In this document: positions 24,069-32,000 of the stretch, piece after piece
How the letters are laid out: the number at the start of each line of letters is the position of its first letter
Numbering within the stretch: the stretch's first letter is position 1
Origin: Mycobacterium tuberculosis H37Rv
GTDB taxonomy: Bacteria; Actinomycetota; Actinomycetes; Mycobacteriales; Mycobacteriaceae
Assembly (NCBI RefSeq): GCF_000195955.2
Contig: NC_000962.3
Location: forward strand, 180,001-212,000
Reading direction: 5' to 3'
Length of the DNA: 32,000 nucleotides
Notes under the pieces: generated by a model
Told to the model about the DNA's origin: nothing
The model's input: the letters and a program-made list of their open reading frames with translations, nothing else
The model's database searches: none
Translations under genes and position numbers: made by a program

Positions 24069-25237
24069 TGAGCGTGCTGGCGCGGATGCGGGTGATGCGC
24101 CACCGAGCCTGGCAGGGGCTGGTGTTGCTGGTGCTCGCACTCTTGCTGAGTTCGTGCGGCTGGCGCGGCATCTCCAATGTGGCGATCCCCGGCGGCCCGG
24201 GCACCGGCCCGGGCTCCTACACCATCTACGTGCAGATGCCGGACACGTTGGCGATCAACGGCAACAGTCGGGTCATGGTGGCCGACGTCTGGGTCGGATC
24301 GATCCGCGCGATCAAGTTGAAGAACTGGGTGGCCACGCTGACGCTGAGCCTGAAGAAGGACGTCACGCTACCGAAAAATGCCACCGCCAAGATCGGGCAG
24401 ACCAGCCTGCTGGGTTCGCAGCACGTCGAGCTGGCCGCGCCGCCAGATCCGTCGCCGGTGCCGCTGAAGGATGGTGACACCATCCCGTTGAAGCGCTCCT
24501 CGGCCTATCCCACCACCGAGCAGACGCTGGCCAGCATCGCCACCTTGTTGCGCGGCGGCGGCCTGGTGAACCTCGAAGGGATTCAGCAAGAGATCAACGC
24601 CATCGTGACGGGGCGGGCGGACCAGATCCGGGCCTTTCTTGGCAAGCTCGACACCTTCACCGACGAGCTCAACCAGCAACGCGATGACATTACCCGCGCC
24701 ATTGATTCCACCAATCGGTTGTTGGCTTATGTGGGCGGTCGTTCGGAAGTCCTCAATCGGGTGCTCACCGACCTACCGCCATTGATCAAGCACTTTGCGG
24801 ATAAGCAGGAACTGTTGATCAACGCTTCCGATGCGGTAGGCCGGCTCAGCCAGTCCGCCGACCAGTATCTTTCGGCTGCCCGGGGCGATCTGCACCAGGA
24901 CCTGCAGGCGCTGCAATGCCCGCTCAAGGAACTGCGTCGAGCCGCTCCGTATCTGGTGGGTGCGCTCAAATTGATCCTCACCCAGCCCTTTGACGTCGAC
25001 ACCGTGCCGCAGCTGGTGCGGGGCGACTACATGAACTTGTCGCTGACGCTGGACCTGACCTACAGCGCCATCGACAATGCGTTCCTTACCGGGACCGGAT
25101 TCTCCGGTGCGTTGCGCGCCCTCGAGCAGTCTTTTGGCCGCGATCCCGAGACAATGATTCCCGACATCCGGTACACACCGAACCCCAACGATGCGCCGGG
25201 CGGCCCGCTGGTAGAAAGGGGAAATCGCCAGTGCTGA
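24065..25237 (+). CDS. lprK: MCE-family lipoprotein LprK (Mce1E)
   Basis: 390-aa ORF. ATGA overlap with the mce1D stop, a signal peptide with lipobox LLLSSC and the MCE motif VMVADVWVGSIRAI. Confidence 0.92.
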   Translation: MMSVLARMRVMRHRAWQGLVLLVLALLLSSCGWRGISNVAIPGGPGTGPGSYTIYVQMPDTLAINGNSRVMVADVWVGSIRAIKLKNWVATLTLSLKKDVTLPKNATAKIGQTSLLGSQHVELAAPPDPSPVPLKDGDTIPLKRSSAYPTTEQTLASIATLLRGGGLVNLEGIQQEINAIVTGRADQIRAFLGKLDTFTDELNQQRDDITRAIDSTNRLLAYVGGRSEVLNRVLTDLPPLIKHFADKQELLINASDAVGRLSQSADQYLSAARGDLHQDLQALQCPLKELRRAAPYLVGALKLILTQPFDVDTVPQLVRGDYMNLSLTLDLTYSAIDNAFLTGTGFSGALRALEQSFGRDPETMIPDIRYTPNPNDAPGGPLVERGNRQC

Positions 25238-26778
25238 CTCGCTTCATCCGACGCCAGTTGATCCTTTTTGCGATCGTCTCCGTAGTCGCAATCGTCGTAT
25301 TGGGCTGGTACTACCTGCGAATTCCGAGTCTGGTGGGTATCGGGCAGTACACCTTGAAGGCCGACTTGCCCGCATCGGGTGGCCTGTATCCGACGGCCAA
25401 TGTGACCTACCGCGGTATCACCATTGGCAAGGTTACTGCCGTCGAGCCCACCGACCAGGGCGCACGAGTGACGATGAGCATCGCCAGCAACTACAAAATC
25501 CCCGTCGATGCCTCGGCGAACGTGCATTCGGTGTCAGCGGTGGGCGAGCAGTACATCGACCTGGTGTCCACCGGTGCTCCGGGTAAATACTTCTCCTCCG
25601 GACAGACCATCACCAAGGGCACCGTTCCCAGTGAGATCGGGCCGGCGCTGGACAATTCCAATCGCGGGTTGGCCGCATTGCCCACGGAGAAGATCGGCTT
25701 GCTGCTCGACGAGACCGCGCAAGCGGTGGGTGGGCTGGGACCCGCGTTGCAACGGTTGGTCGATTCCACTCAAGCGATCGTCGGTGACTTCAAAACCAAC
25801 ATTGGCGACGTCAACGACATCATCGAGAACTCCGGGCCGATTTTGGACAGCCAGGTCAACACGGGTGATCAGATCGAGCGCTGGGCGCGCAAATTGAACA
25901 ATCTGGCCGCACAGACCGCGACCAGGGATCAGAACGTGCGAAGCATCCTGTCCCAGGCGGCCCCCACCGCCGATGAGGTTAACGCGGTATTCAGCGGTGT
26001 TCGCGATTCGCTGCCACAGACCCTGGCCAATCTTGAGGTTGTGTTCGATATGCTCAAGCGCTACCACGCCGGCGTGGAGCAATTGTTGGTGTTCCTCCCA
26101 CAGGGTGCCGCGATCGCACAGACCGTACTCACGCCAACTCCGGGTGCTGCCCAGCTGCCGCTCGCGCCGGCGATCAACTATCCGCCGCCGTGCTTGACGG
26201 GTTTTCTTCCTGCATCGGAGTGGCGGTCTCCGGCCGATACCAGTCCCAGGCCGTTGCCGTCGGGAACCTATTGCAAGATTCCCCAGGATGCCCAGCTGCA
26301 AGTCCGGGGGGCGCGCAACATTCCCTGTGTCGATGTCCTGGGCAAACGAGCGGCGACGCCGAAGGAGTGCCGCAGTAAGGACCCGTACGTTCCGCTGGGT
26401 ACCAACCCGTGGTTTGGTGATCCGAACCAGATTCTCACCTGCCCGGCACCTGGAGCGCGCTGCGATCAGCCGGTGAAGCCCGGGTTGGTGATTCCGGCGC
26501 CCTCGATCAACACCGGTTTGAATCCGGCGCCCGCCGATCAGGTGCAAGGAACGCCCCCGCCGGTCAGTGACCCGTTGCAAAGACCGGGTTCGGGTACTGT
26601 GCAGTGCAACGGGCAGCAGCCTAACCCGTGCGTCTACACTCCAACATCGGGCCCGTCGGCGGTCTATAGCCCGGCCAGCGGTGAACTGGTGGGGCCGGAT
26701 GGTGTCAAGTACGCCGTCGCAAACTCGAGCACAACAGGAGACGACGGATGGAAGGAGATGCTGGCGCCGGCCAGCTGA
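25231..26778 (+). CDS. mce1F: MCE-family protein Mce1F with Cys- and Pro-rich C-terminal region
   Basis: 515-aa ORF. The GTG start overlaps the lprK end by 7 nt. It has a TM helix and the MCE motif VTYRGITIGKVTAV. Confidence 0.92.
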   Translation: MLTRFIRRQLILFAIVSVVAIVVLGWYYLRIPSLVGIGQYTLKADLPASGGLYPTANVTYRGITIGKVTAVEPTDQGARVTMSIASNYKIPVDASANVHSVSAVGEQYIDLVSTGAPGKYFSSGQTITKGTVPSEIGPALDNSNRGLAALPTEKIGLLLDETAQAVGGLGPALQRLVDSTQAIVGDFKTNIGDVNDIIENSGPILDSQVNTGDQIERWARKLNNLAAQTATRDQNVRSILSQAAPTADEVNAVFSGVRDSLPQTLANLEVVFDMLKRYHAGVEQLLVFLPQGAAIAQTVLTPTPGAAQLPLAPAINYPPPCLTGFLPASEWRSPADTSPRPLPSGTYCKIPQDAQLQVRGARNIPCVDVLGKRAATPKECRSKDPYVPLGTNPWFGDPNQILTCPAPGARCDQPVKPGLVIPAPSINTGLNPAPADQVQGTPPPVSDPLQRPGSGTVQCNGQQPNPCVYTPTSGPSAVYSPASGELVGPDGVKYAVANSSTTGDDGWKEMLAPAS

Positions 26779-27455
26779 ACCCTGCCGATGCGAATAAGTC
26801 GTCGTCTACGGAGGTGAAGGCGGCGGATTCGGCGGAATCTGACGCCGGAGCCGACCAGACTGGCCCGCAGGTGAAGGCGGCGGATTCGGCGGAATCTGAC
26901 GCCGGAGAGCTCGGCGAGGACGCGTGCCCAGAACAGGCCCTCGTCGAGCGGCGCCCGTCGCGGTTGCGGCGAGGCTGGCTTGTTGGCATTGCGGCGACGC
27001 TGCTCGCGTTGGCCGGTGGCCTTGGCGCAGCGGGTTATTTTGCGTTGCGCTCACACCAGGAAAGCCAATCAATCGCGCGCGAGGACCTTGCGGCCATTGA
27101 GGCCGCTAAGGATTGCGTTGCGGCCACGCAGGCACCCGATGCTGGGGCGATGTCGGCTAGCATGCAGAAGATCATCGAGTGTGGCACCGGTGATTTCGGT
27201 GCCCAGGCGTCGTTGTACACCAGCATGCTCGTCGAGGCGTATCAAGCGGCCAGCGTCCACGTGCAAGTGACCGATATGCGCGCGGCGGTCGAGCGCAACA
27301 ACAATGACGGGTCGGTCGATGTTCTGGTGGCGCTCCGGGTCAAGGTGTCCAACACCGACTCGGATGCCCATGAAGTCGGCTACCGTCTTCGGGTCCGGAT
27401 GGCACTGGATGAGGGCCGCTATAAGATCGCCAAACTCGACCAGGTGACGAAGTGA
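26748..27455 (+). CDS. Mce-associated membrane protein (Rv0175-like). The start is ambiguous between ATG 26748 and GTG 26814.
   Basis: ORF 26748..27455. It has an acidic N-terminal tail, a single TM helix LVGIAATLLALAGGLGAAGYFAL and a C-terminal domain sharing the tGDF..q pattern with the next three ORFs. AGGAGA (26736-26741) lies 6 nt before ATG 26748. Confidence 0.85.
   Translation: MEGDAGAGQLNPADANKSSSTEVKAADSAESDAGADQTGPQVKAADSAESDAGELGEDACPEQALVERRPSRLRRGWLVGIAATLLALAGGLGAAGYFALRSHQESQSIAREDLAAIEAAKDCVAATQAPDAGAMSASMQKIIECGTGDFGAQASLYTSMLVEAYQAASVHVQVTDMRAAVERNNNDGSVDVLVALRVKVSNTDSDAHEVGYRLRVRMALDEGRYKIAKLDQVTK
26812..26907 (+). repeat. In-frame tandem duplication: a 39-bp perfect direct repeat at a 57-bp period
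   Basis: AGGTGAAGGCGGCGGATTCGGCGGAATCTGACGCCGGAG occurs at 26812-26850 and again at 26869-26907. It encodes VKAADSAESDAG twice. Confidence 0.9.
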
Positions 27456-28420
27456 CGGTGGTGGTCGAGAAGACGCCGACCACCCTGCCCCAGGCGACAC
27501 CGAACGGTGCAGCGCCCTGGCATGTTCGGGCGGGCGCCTTCGCCATCGACGTGCTGCCCGGGCTCGCCGTGGCGGCGACCATGGCGTTGACGGCTTTAAC
27601 GGTGCCGCCGGGCAGCGCGTGGCGGTGGTTATGCGCTTGTCTGCTCGGATTGACCATTCTCCTTCTGGCCGTTAACCGGTTGTTGTTGCCGACGATTACC
27701 GGATGGAGTCTTGGCCGCGCTCTTACCGGCATCCGGGTGGTTCGGCGTGACGGCTCCGCCATCGGTCCGTGGCGGTTGCTGGTCCGGGATTTGGCGCACT
27801 TGGTGGACACCCTCTCGCTGTTTGTGGGTTGGCTGTGGCCGCTGTGGGATTCGCGGCGACGCACCTTCGCCGACCTGTTGTTGCGCACTGAGGTGCGACG
27901 TGTCGAACCGGTGCAGCGGCCCGCGGTGATACGGCGACTGACGGCGGCGGTGGCATTGGCGGCGGCGGGCGCGTGCGCGAGCGCAACCGCGGTGGGCGCT
28001 GCGGTGGTGTACGTCAATGAATGGCAAACCGATCACACTCGCGCGCAGCTCGCAACGCGGGGCCCGAAGCTCGTGGTCGACGTCCTGAGCTACGACCCCG
28101 AAACGGTGCAGCGTGATTTCGAACGGGCGCGATCGCTGGCCACCGACAGGTACCGCCCGCAGCTGAGCATCCAACAGGATTCGGTGCGCGAGTCGGGACC
28201 TGTTCGTAACCAGTACTGGGTTACCGACAGCGCGGTGCTGTCGGCGACACCAGCTCAGGCGACCATGCTGTTGTTCATGCAGGGTGAACGCGGTACACCA
28301 CCCAATCAGCGGTATATTCAGTCAACTGTGCGGGCGATCTTCCAAAAATCGCGCGGGCAATGGCGCCTCGACGATCTGGCAGTCGTGATGAAACCCCGAC
28401 AACCCACCGGCGAAAAATGA
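27452..28420 (+). CDS. Mce-associated membrane protein with N-terminal RDD domain (Rv0176-like)
   Basis: 322-aa ORF. GTGA overlap with the upstream stop. RDD-type membrane region reads RAGAFAIDVLPGL...GWSLGRALTGIRVVRRDG...RRTFADLLLRTEV. The C-terminal half resembles the Rv0175/0177/0178 domain. Confidence 0.85.
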   Translation: MTVVVEKTPTTLPQATPNGAAPWHVRAGAFAIDVLPGLAVAATMALTALTVPPGSAWRWLCACLLGLTILLLAVNRLLLPTITGWSLGRALTGIRVVRRDGSAIGPWRLLVRDLAHLVDTLSLFVGWLWPLWDSRRRTFADLLLRTEVRRVEPVQRPAVIRRLTAAVALAAAGACASATAVGAAVVYVNEWQTDHTRAQLATRGPKLVVDVLSYDPETVQRDFERARSLATDRYRPQLSIQQDSVRESGPVRNQYWVTDSAVLSATPAQATMLLFMQGERGTPPNQRYIQSTVRAIFQKSRGQWRLDDLAVVMKPRQPTGEK

Positions 28421-28971
28421 GCCCCCGTCGTAAGTTTGAACCCGGCGAGGGGGCGCTGCTGGCCCCGCAGTCAATCGAACCGTCGCGGCGATGGGGTTTG
28501 CCGCTGGCTCTGACCGCATCCGCTGTGGTTATGGCCGCGGCGATCTCAGCCTGTGCGCTCATGCGGATCTCCCATGAATCGCACCAGCGAGCAGCGCACA
28601 AGGATATCGTGATGCTCAGTGATGTCCGATCTTTCATGACCATGTTCACGTCACCGGATCCGTTTCACGCCAACGAATATGCGGAGCGGGTGCTGTCCCA
28701 CGCCACGGGCGACTTCGCCAAGCAGTACCACGAAAGAGCAAACGATATCCTGATTCGCATCTCCGGGGTGGAACCGACCACAGGAACGGTTCTAGACGCG
28801 GGCGTACAGAGGTGGAACGAGGATGGTAGTGCCAACGTGCTGGTGGTCACCCAGATCACCTCGAAATCCGCGGACGGCAAGCGGGTGGTCTCGAACGCCA
28901 ATCGTTGGCTGGTAACGGCTAAGCAGGAAGGTAACGAGTGGAAGATCAGCAGTCTGCTTCCGGTGATCTGA
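28417..28971 (+). CDS. Mce-associated membrane protein (Rv0177-like)
   Basis: ORF 28360..28971. ATG 28417 forms an ATGA overlap with the upstream stop. It has one TM helix LALTASAVVMAAAISACAL and a shared C-terminal domain (ATGDFAKQY). Confidence 0.85.
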   Translation: MSPRRKFEPGEGALLAPQSIEPSRRWGLPLALTASAVVMAAAISACALMRISHESHQRAAHKDIVMLSDVRSFMTMFTSPDPFHANEYAERVLSHATGDFAKQYHERANDILIRISGVEPTTGTVLDAGVQRWNEDGSANVLVVTQITSKSADGKRVVSNANRWLVTAKQEGNEWKISSLLPVI

Positions 28972-29672
28972 CCCAAAAGTCCGTTGCCAACGGAGAGTCC
29001 ACCGACACGGCATCCGCAGCCACCGAGGGCCACCGGGGCGAGATCGACGCCGCGGGAGAGCCGGACGAACGCGGTGCCGCCGTGGCTGACAGCCAAGCTG
29101 ACGAGGATGATTCGGCCGCGACGGCTGCCAGGGGCGGCAAGACACGGGCAAGACGATCGCGTGGCAGGCGGTTAGCGATCACGGTCGGCGTGGCCGCTGC
29201 GTTGTTCGTGGGCTCGGCAGCGTTCGCTGGTGCGACGGTGGAGCCCTACCTCTCCGAGCGCGCCGTGGTGGCCACCAAGCTCATGGTCGCGCGGACCGCC
29301 GCCAATGCGATCACGACGTTGTGGACCTACACGCCGGAGAACATGGACACCCTGGCCGATCGGGCCGCGAATTACCTCAGCGGTGATTTCGCGGCTCAGT
29401 ACCGCAGATTCGTCGACCAGATCGCCGCAGCAAACAAACAGGCCAAGATTACCAACGATACCGAGGTCACCGGTGCTGCCGTGGAATCGCTGAGCGGCCG
29501 GGATGCCGTTGCCATCGTCTACACCAACACCACGACCACCAGTCCGGTGACCAAGAACATCCCAGCATTGAAGTATCTGTCCTACCGGCTGTTCATGAAG
29601 CGTTATGACGCGCGGTGGCTGGTGACCAGGATGACGACCATCACCTCGCTGGATTTGACGCCGCAGGTGTAG
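28938..29672 (+). CDS. Mce-associated membrane protein (Rv0178-like), last gene of the operon
   Basis: 244-aa ORF. The GTG start overlaps the upstream gene by 34 nt. It has an acidic N-tail, a TM helix ITVGVAAALFVGSAAFAGA and a shared C-terminal domain (LSGDFAAQY). Confidence 0.85.
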   Translation: MEDQQSASGDLTQKSVANGESTDTASAATEGHRGEIDAAGEPDERGAAVADSQADEDDSAATAARGGKTRARRSRGRRLAITVGVAAALFVGSAAFAGATVEPYLSERAVVATKLMVARTAANAITTLWTYTPENMDTLADRAANYLSGDFAAQYRRFVDQIAAANKQAKITNDTEVTGAAVESLSGRDAVAIVYTNTTTTSPVTKNIPALKYLSYRLFMKRYDARWLVTRMTTITSLDLTPQV

Positions 29673-29702
29673 CGGGACCGAGCCCGCCGGCGCTGCGAAG
29701 CC

Positions 29703-30812
29703 TTAGTTGAACGCCAGCCAGCTGGGCAGCGCCCGCTCATGGGAGTCACAGAGCACCTGACGGGTGTCGCACGATCCTTTCGGCGACCCAGCGCCGGCCC
29801 ACATGCCCCCGGTATCACGGCGCAGAACGATCGCCGATGACCCCCCGCCGTCGAGCAGAATCGCGGTGTCACTACCCAGGCCGCGGAACAGGTCTTGGAT
29901 GTTGTCCGGGGTGTAGTTGCCGCCCTGGAAGATGTACATCTCGTCCTTCTGCTTCGCATAGGCAAGCGCCGTTCGCGCGGCGCTGGGACCGCCGTCGTGG
30001 AGCTGGCCGGTATTGCCGGGGGATAACAGCCCGATTCCGGCCACGGCGACGAACCGTGCATTCTTGTTGAGCAAGTCCTCGATCACCGGAGTGGCAAGAT
30101 CGTAGTCCTGTCTGCTTTTGGGCCGCAAAACATACGGTGCACCACCGACCGGAAGGATCATCGTCGTCAGCGAGCTCCACAACTCATTTCCTCCGGAAAG
30201 GCCCTGCTTTCCGGCGTAGGCGACGGTGCCGGTGACCGCTTGGTTGGCGCGTCCTTGTCCGCGGGTGTTGTCCACGTAGGCGCCCAGCGGTGAGCTGCAG
30301 CCGGTCGACCGCCAGCTGCCCCCCTTTTGTCCGCGAACGTCGAAGAAGTTGGCGTTGACCGCAATGGTGGGTCGCCCCATACGCTGCCACGCCTTAAGCG
30401 GCGGGTAGATCTCGGAGGCTTGCCACAAGCCTTCACCGGTGCGAGCACCTGGGTTGTGTTCGCAGCGCGCCTGGTCTCCAGTGTGGGTGTCTACCAGTAG
30501 ATGTGGTGAAAGCCGTTGGGAGGCATTCTTGATGATCATCAGATGGCCGCCGTTGTTCATCTCGTACCAGTGACCACCTGCGTTGAGCAGCGGCATAGGA
30601 TGACCGCCGCCGAAGTTGTACACCAGGTATGAGCCCCTGGTGGTGGCTATCGCTTGGGCGAGCATCTCGCGCCCGTCGGCGGCGCGGGCGGCCGGCTGCC
30701 CGGTGGTGCAGGCGAGGGCGGCGCACACCGCCAACGCGGCGTAGCAAGCCGTCAATCGGCGCAGGCTGGCAGTCGGTGTCAGCACAGCAACCCTCTCGGC
30801 CCGAATCCACAT
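29703..30812 (-). CDS. lprO: Putative lipoprotein LprO with phosphodiester-glycosidase (DUF2233/NAGPA-like) domain
   Basis: 369-aa ORF. The signal-like N-terminus ends in AALAC. AVNANFFDVRG and DTAILLDGGGSSAIVLR resemble the conserved motifs of the phosphodiester glycosidase family. Confidence 0.85.
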   Translation of the reverse strand: MWIRAERVAVLTPTASLRRLTACYAALAVCAALACTTGQPAARAADGREMLAQAIATTRGSYLVYNFGGGHPMPLLNAGGHWYEMNNGGHLMIIKNASQRLSPHLLVDTHTGDQARCEHNPGARTGEGLWQASEIYPPLKAWQRMGRPTIAVNANFFDVRGQKGGSWRSTGCSSPLGAYVDNTRGQGRANQAVTGTVAYAGKQGLSGGNELWSSLTTMILPVGGAPYVLRPKSRQDYDLATPVIEDLLNKNARFVAVAGIGLLSPGNTGQLHDGGPSAARTALAYAKQKDEMYIFQGGNYTPDNIQDLFRGLGSDTAILLDGGGSSAIVLRRDTGGMWAGAGSPKGSCDTRQVLCDSHERALPSWLAFN

Positions 30813-30824
30813 GCAACCATCCCA

Positions 30825-30852
30825 GCATTAGGCACACTGATCACACTGTCAA
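30825..30852 (-). promoter_or_regulatory. Candidate sigma-A-type promoter for lprO
   Basis: On the minus strand: TTGACA (30852-30847), a 16-nt spacer containing CAGTGTG twice, then TAATGC (30830-30825). The -10 lies 12 nt before the ATG at 30812. Confidence 0.35.
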
Positions 30853-30891
30853 CTTCAGTAACAGCTGCGTGACGGTTCGGCCGCGTTCGAA

Positions 30892-32000
30892 TTACGGTTG
30901 TTCGCTTGAGCTTTCGCGTGCGCTTTGGCGAGCTTGGTATTGAGCTTGGTGTTCCACGGCGATCGCCATCTCGACCGCTCCCGGAATTCGGTGGAAGCTG
31001 CTGCGGTCGTACAGGTGTGTGATGAATCCACCCAGCAACAGCCCGATGATCAGCCCGATCGACGTCATGGTCAGGGCCTGGGACAGGCCGGCGTCGGCGT
31101 TTCCGTTCAGATACAGCAGTGACCGCACACCTAGGAACACCTGGTGCATCGGCTCGAATTGAGCCAACCAGCGGAAGAACGCTGGTACGGCTTCCAGCGG
31201 GACGGTCGCGCCCGCCGACGGCAATCCGAGGATGACGAAGATCAACATGCTGACCAACAGGCCCATCGAGCCCAGCACCGCGATCAGCGAGCTGGACGTG
31301 ACGCCGACCGCTATGATCGCGAATACTCCGTAGAGCCATACTTGCCACCCGAGCGGAATCGGCATGCCCAGGCCGTGGGCGATCGCCAGGTAGACACCCG
31401 AGGTGAGCAACGCCAGCACCACCATCACCGCCCACTTGACCAACAGCGTACGGAAGCGAGAGATGTTGACCTGCTCGGCGAAGCGATAGACGGGGCCGAA
31501 TTCGGCTGGTACATAGCCAAGCATCGAGTCCACCAGGGTGCTCACCACGATGCTGCCGGTAAAGCCCGCCAATAGCAGCAAGAGGGCGTAGTAAAACGCC
31601 GACAGCCCGTTGCCGGTGCCGTTGGGCAGTGGGTTATAGGCGGTGGATTTGACATCGATGGGACTGGCCAGCCCGGCCGCCGCCGCCCCGGCCAGTGCCA
31701 CACCGCCGGTCTGGGCCGCTACCTCCGCGGTAAGTCGCTCGCCCACTTTGCCGTTGACCACCGTCAGTGCCCGGGTCAGCGTCTGGCCGGCGATGCTAGC
31801 TGCCAGCGTGCCCGCCCGCGGATTCGTTGAGATCGTGATCGCGGGCCGGTCTGTGCGGGTTGGCGTCACCGCACTCGCCCCGAAGTCCCGTAGCTGCGAC
31901 GAGAAGGTCGGCGGTATCAGCGCCGAGCCGTACACCGCCGCGGTGTCGAGCAGCCGCCTGGCCTCGTCCGGCGAAACCACTCGGATGTCGAACTTGTTCT
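30892..32000 (-). CDS. Conserved polytopic membrane protein (ABC-2 / YhgE-Pip-like permease fold; Rv0180c-like). The 5' end lies beyond the window.
   Basis: ORF 30892..31980 remains open to the window end. There are several TM helices in the C-terminal half (AFYYALLLLLAGFTGSIVV, VMVVLALLTSGVYLAIA, GLLVSMLIFVILGL). Confidence 0.8.
   Translation of the reverse strand, partial: NKFDIRVVSPDEARRLLDTAAVYGSALIPPTFSSQLRDFGASAVTPTRTDRPAITISTNPRAGTLAASIAGQTLTRALTVVNGKVGERLTAEVAAQTGGVALAGAAAAGLASPIDVKSTAYNPLPNGTGNGLSAFYYALLLLLAGFTGSIVVSTLVDSMLGYVPAEFGPVYRFAEQVNISRFRTLLVKWAVMVVLALLTSGVYLAIAHGLGMPIPLGWQVWLYGVFAIIAVGVTSSSLIAVLGSMGLLVSMLIFVILGLPSAGATVPLEAVPAFFRWLAQFEPMHQVFLGVRSLLYLNGNADAGLSQALTMTSIGLIIGLLLGGFITHLYDRSSFHRIPGAVEMAIAVEHQAQYQARQSARESSSEQP

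Noticed and set aside
25534-26580. 348-aa antisense ORF opposite mce1F
   Set aside because: It is a GC-driven shadow ORF with an Arg/Gly/Leu-rich translation, sitting entirely within a supported gene.
29672-29687. Short hairpin GCGGG-accgag-CCCGC between the convergent operon end and lprO, considered as a terminator
   Set aside because: It has only a 5-bp stem and no U-tract on either strand, which is too weak to call.
1-32000. The suggested previously undescribed multi-gene system, plus CRISPR arrays, tRNA/rRNA genes, IS elements and prophage or integrase genes
   Set aside because: Every large ORF is accounted for by a recognisable, well-studied family (PE, Pnt, Mce1 and metabolic enzymes). 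I saw no spaced direct-repeat array, no transposase- or integrase-like ORF in any frame and no tRNA-like structure. Claiming a novel system would be invention.

Overview
This is GC-rich actinobacterial chromosome. I recognise the gene content and order as the Mycobacterium tuberculosis complex region Rv0152c-Rv0180c. In order: PE2 (partial), ptpB, fadE2, pntAa-pntAb-pntB, a small ORF, TetR Rv0158, PE3, PE4, FAD-oxidase Rv0161, adhE1, thioesterase Rv0163, TB18.5 and the GntR repressor mce1R. Then comes the 13-gene mce1 operon (fadD5, yrbE1A/B, mce1A-D, lprK, mce1F, four Mce-associated membrane proteins), followed by lprO and Rv0180c (partial). From memory only (no search possible), window coordinate + 180,000 matches the H37Rv reference coordinates I recall for these genes. 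I saw no rRNA, tRNA, CRISPR array, IS element or prophage. I found no support for an undescribed multi-gene system: the dominant system, the Mce1 lipid/fatty-acid importer, is well described. The items worth a second look are small. (1) mce1R appears frameshifted, with its last effector-domain helices encoded in another frame. (2) The PE domain of PE2 is out of frame with the gene body, and the body has a second internal out-of-frame patch. (3) A decayed DUF1348-family gene relic lies in the fadE2-pntAa spacer. (4) A G-run-dense 11-bp tandem array sits in the mce1R/fadD5 control region. (5) Short upstream ORFs are coupled to the pntAa and yrbE1A starts. (6) There are several hairpins, palindromes and in-frame tandem repeats. 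Many long alternative-frame ORFs in the track are GC-driven shadows and were rejected.
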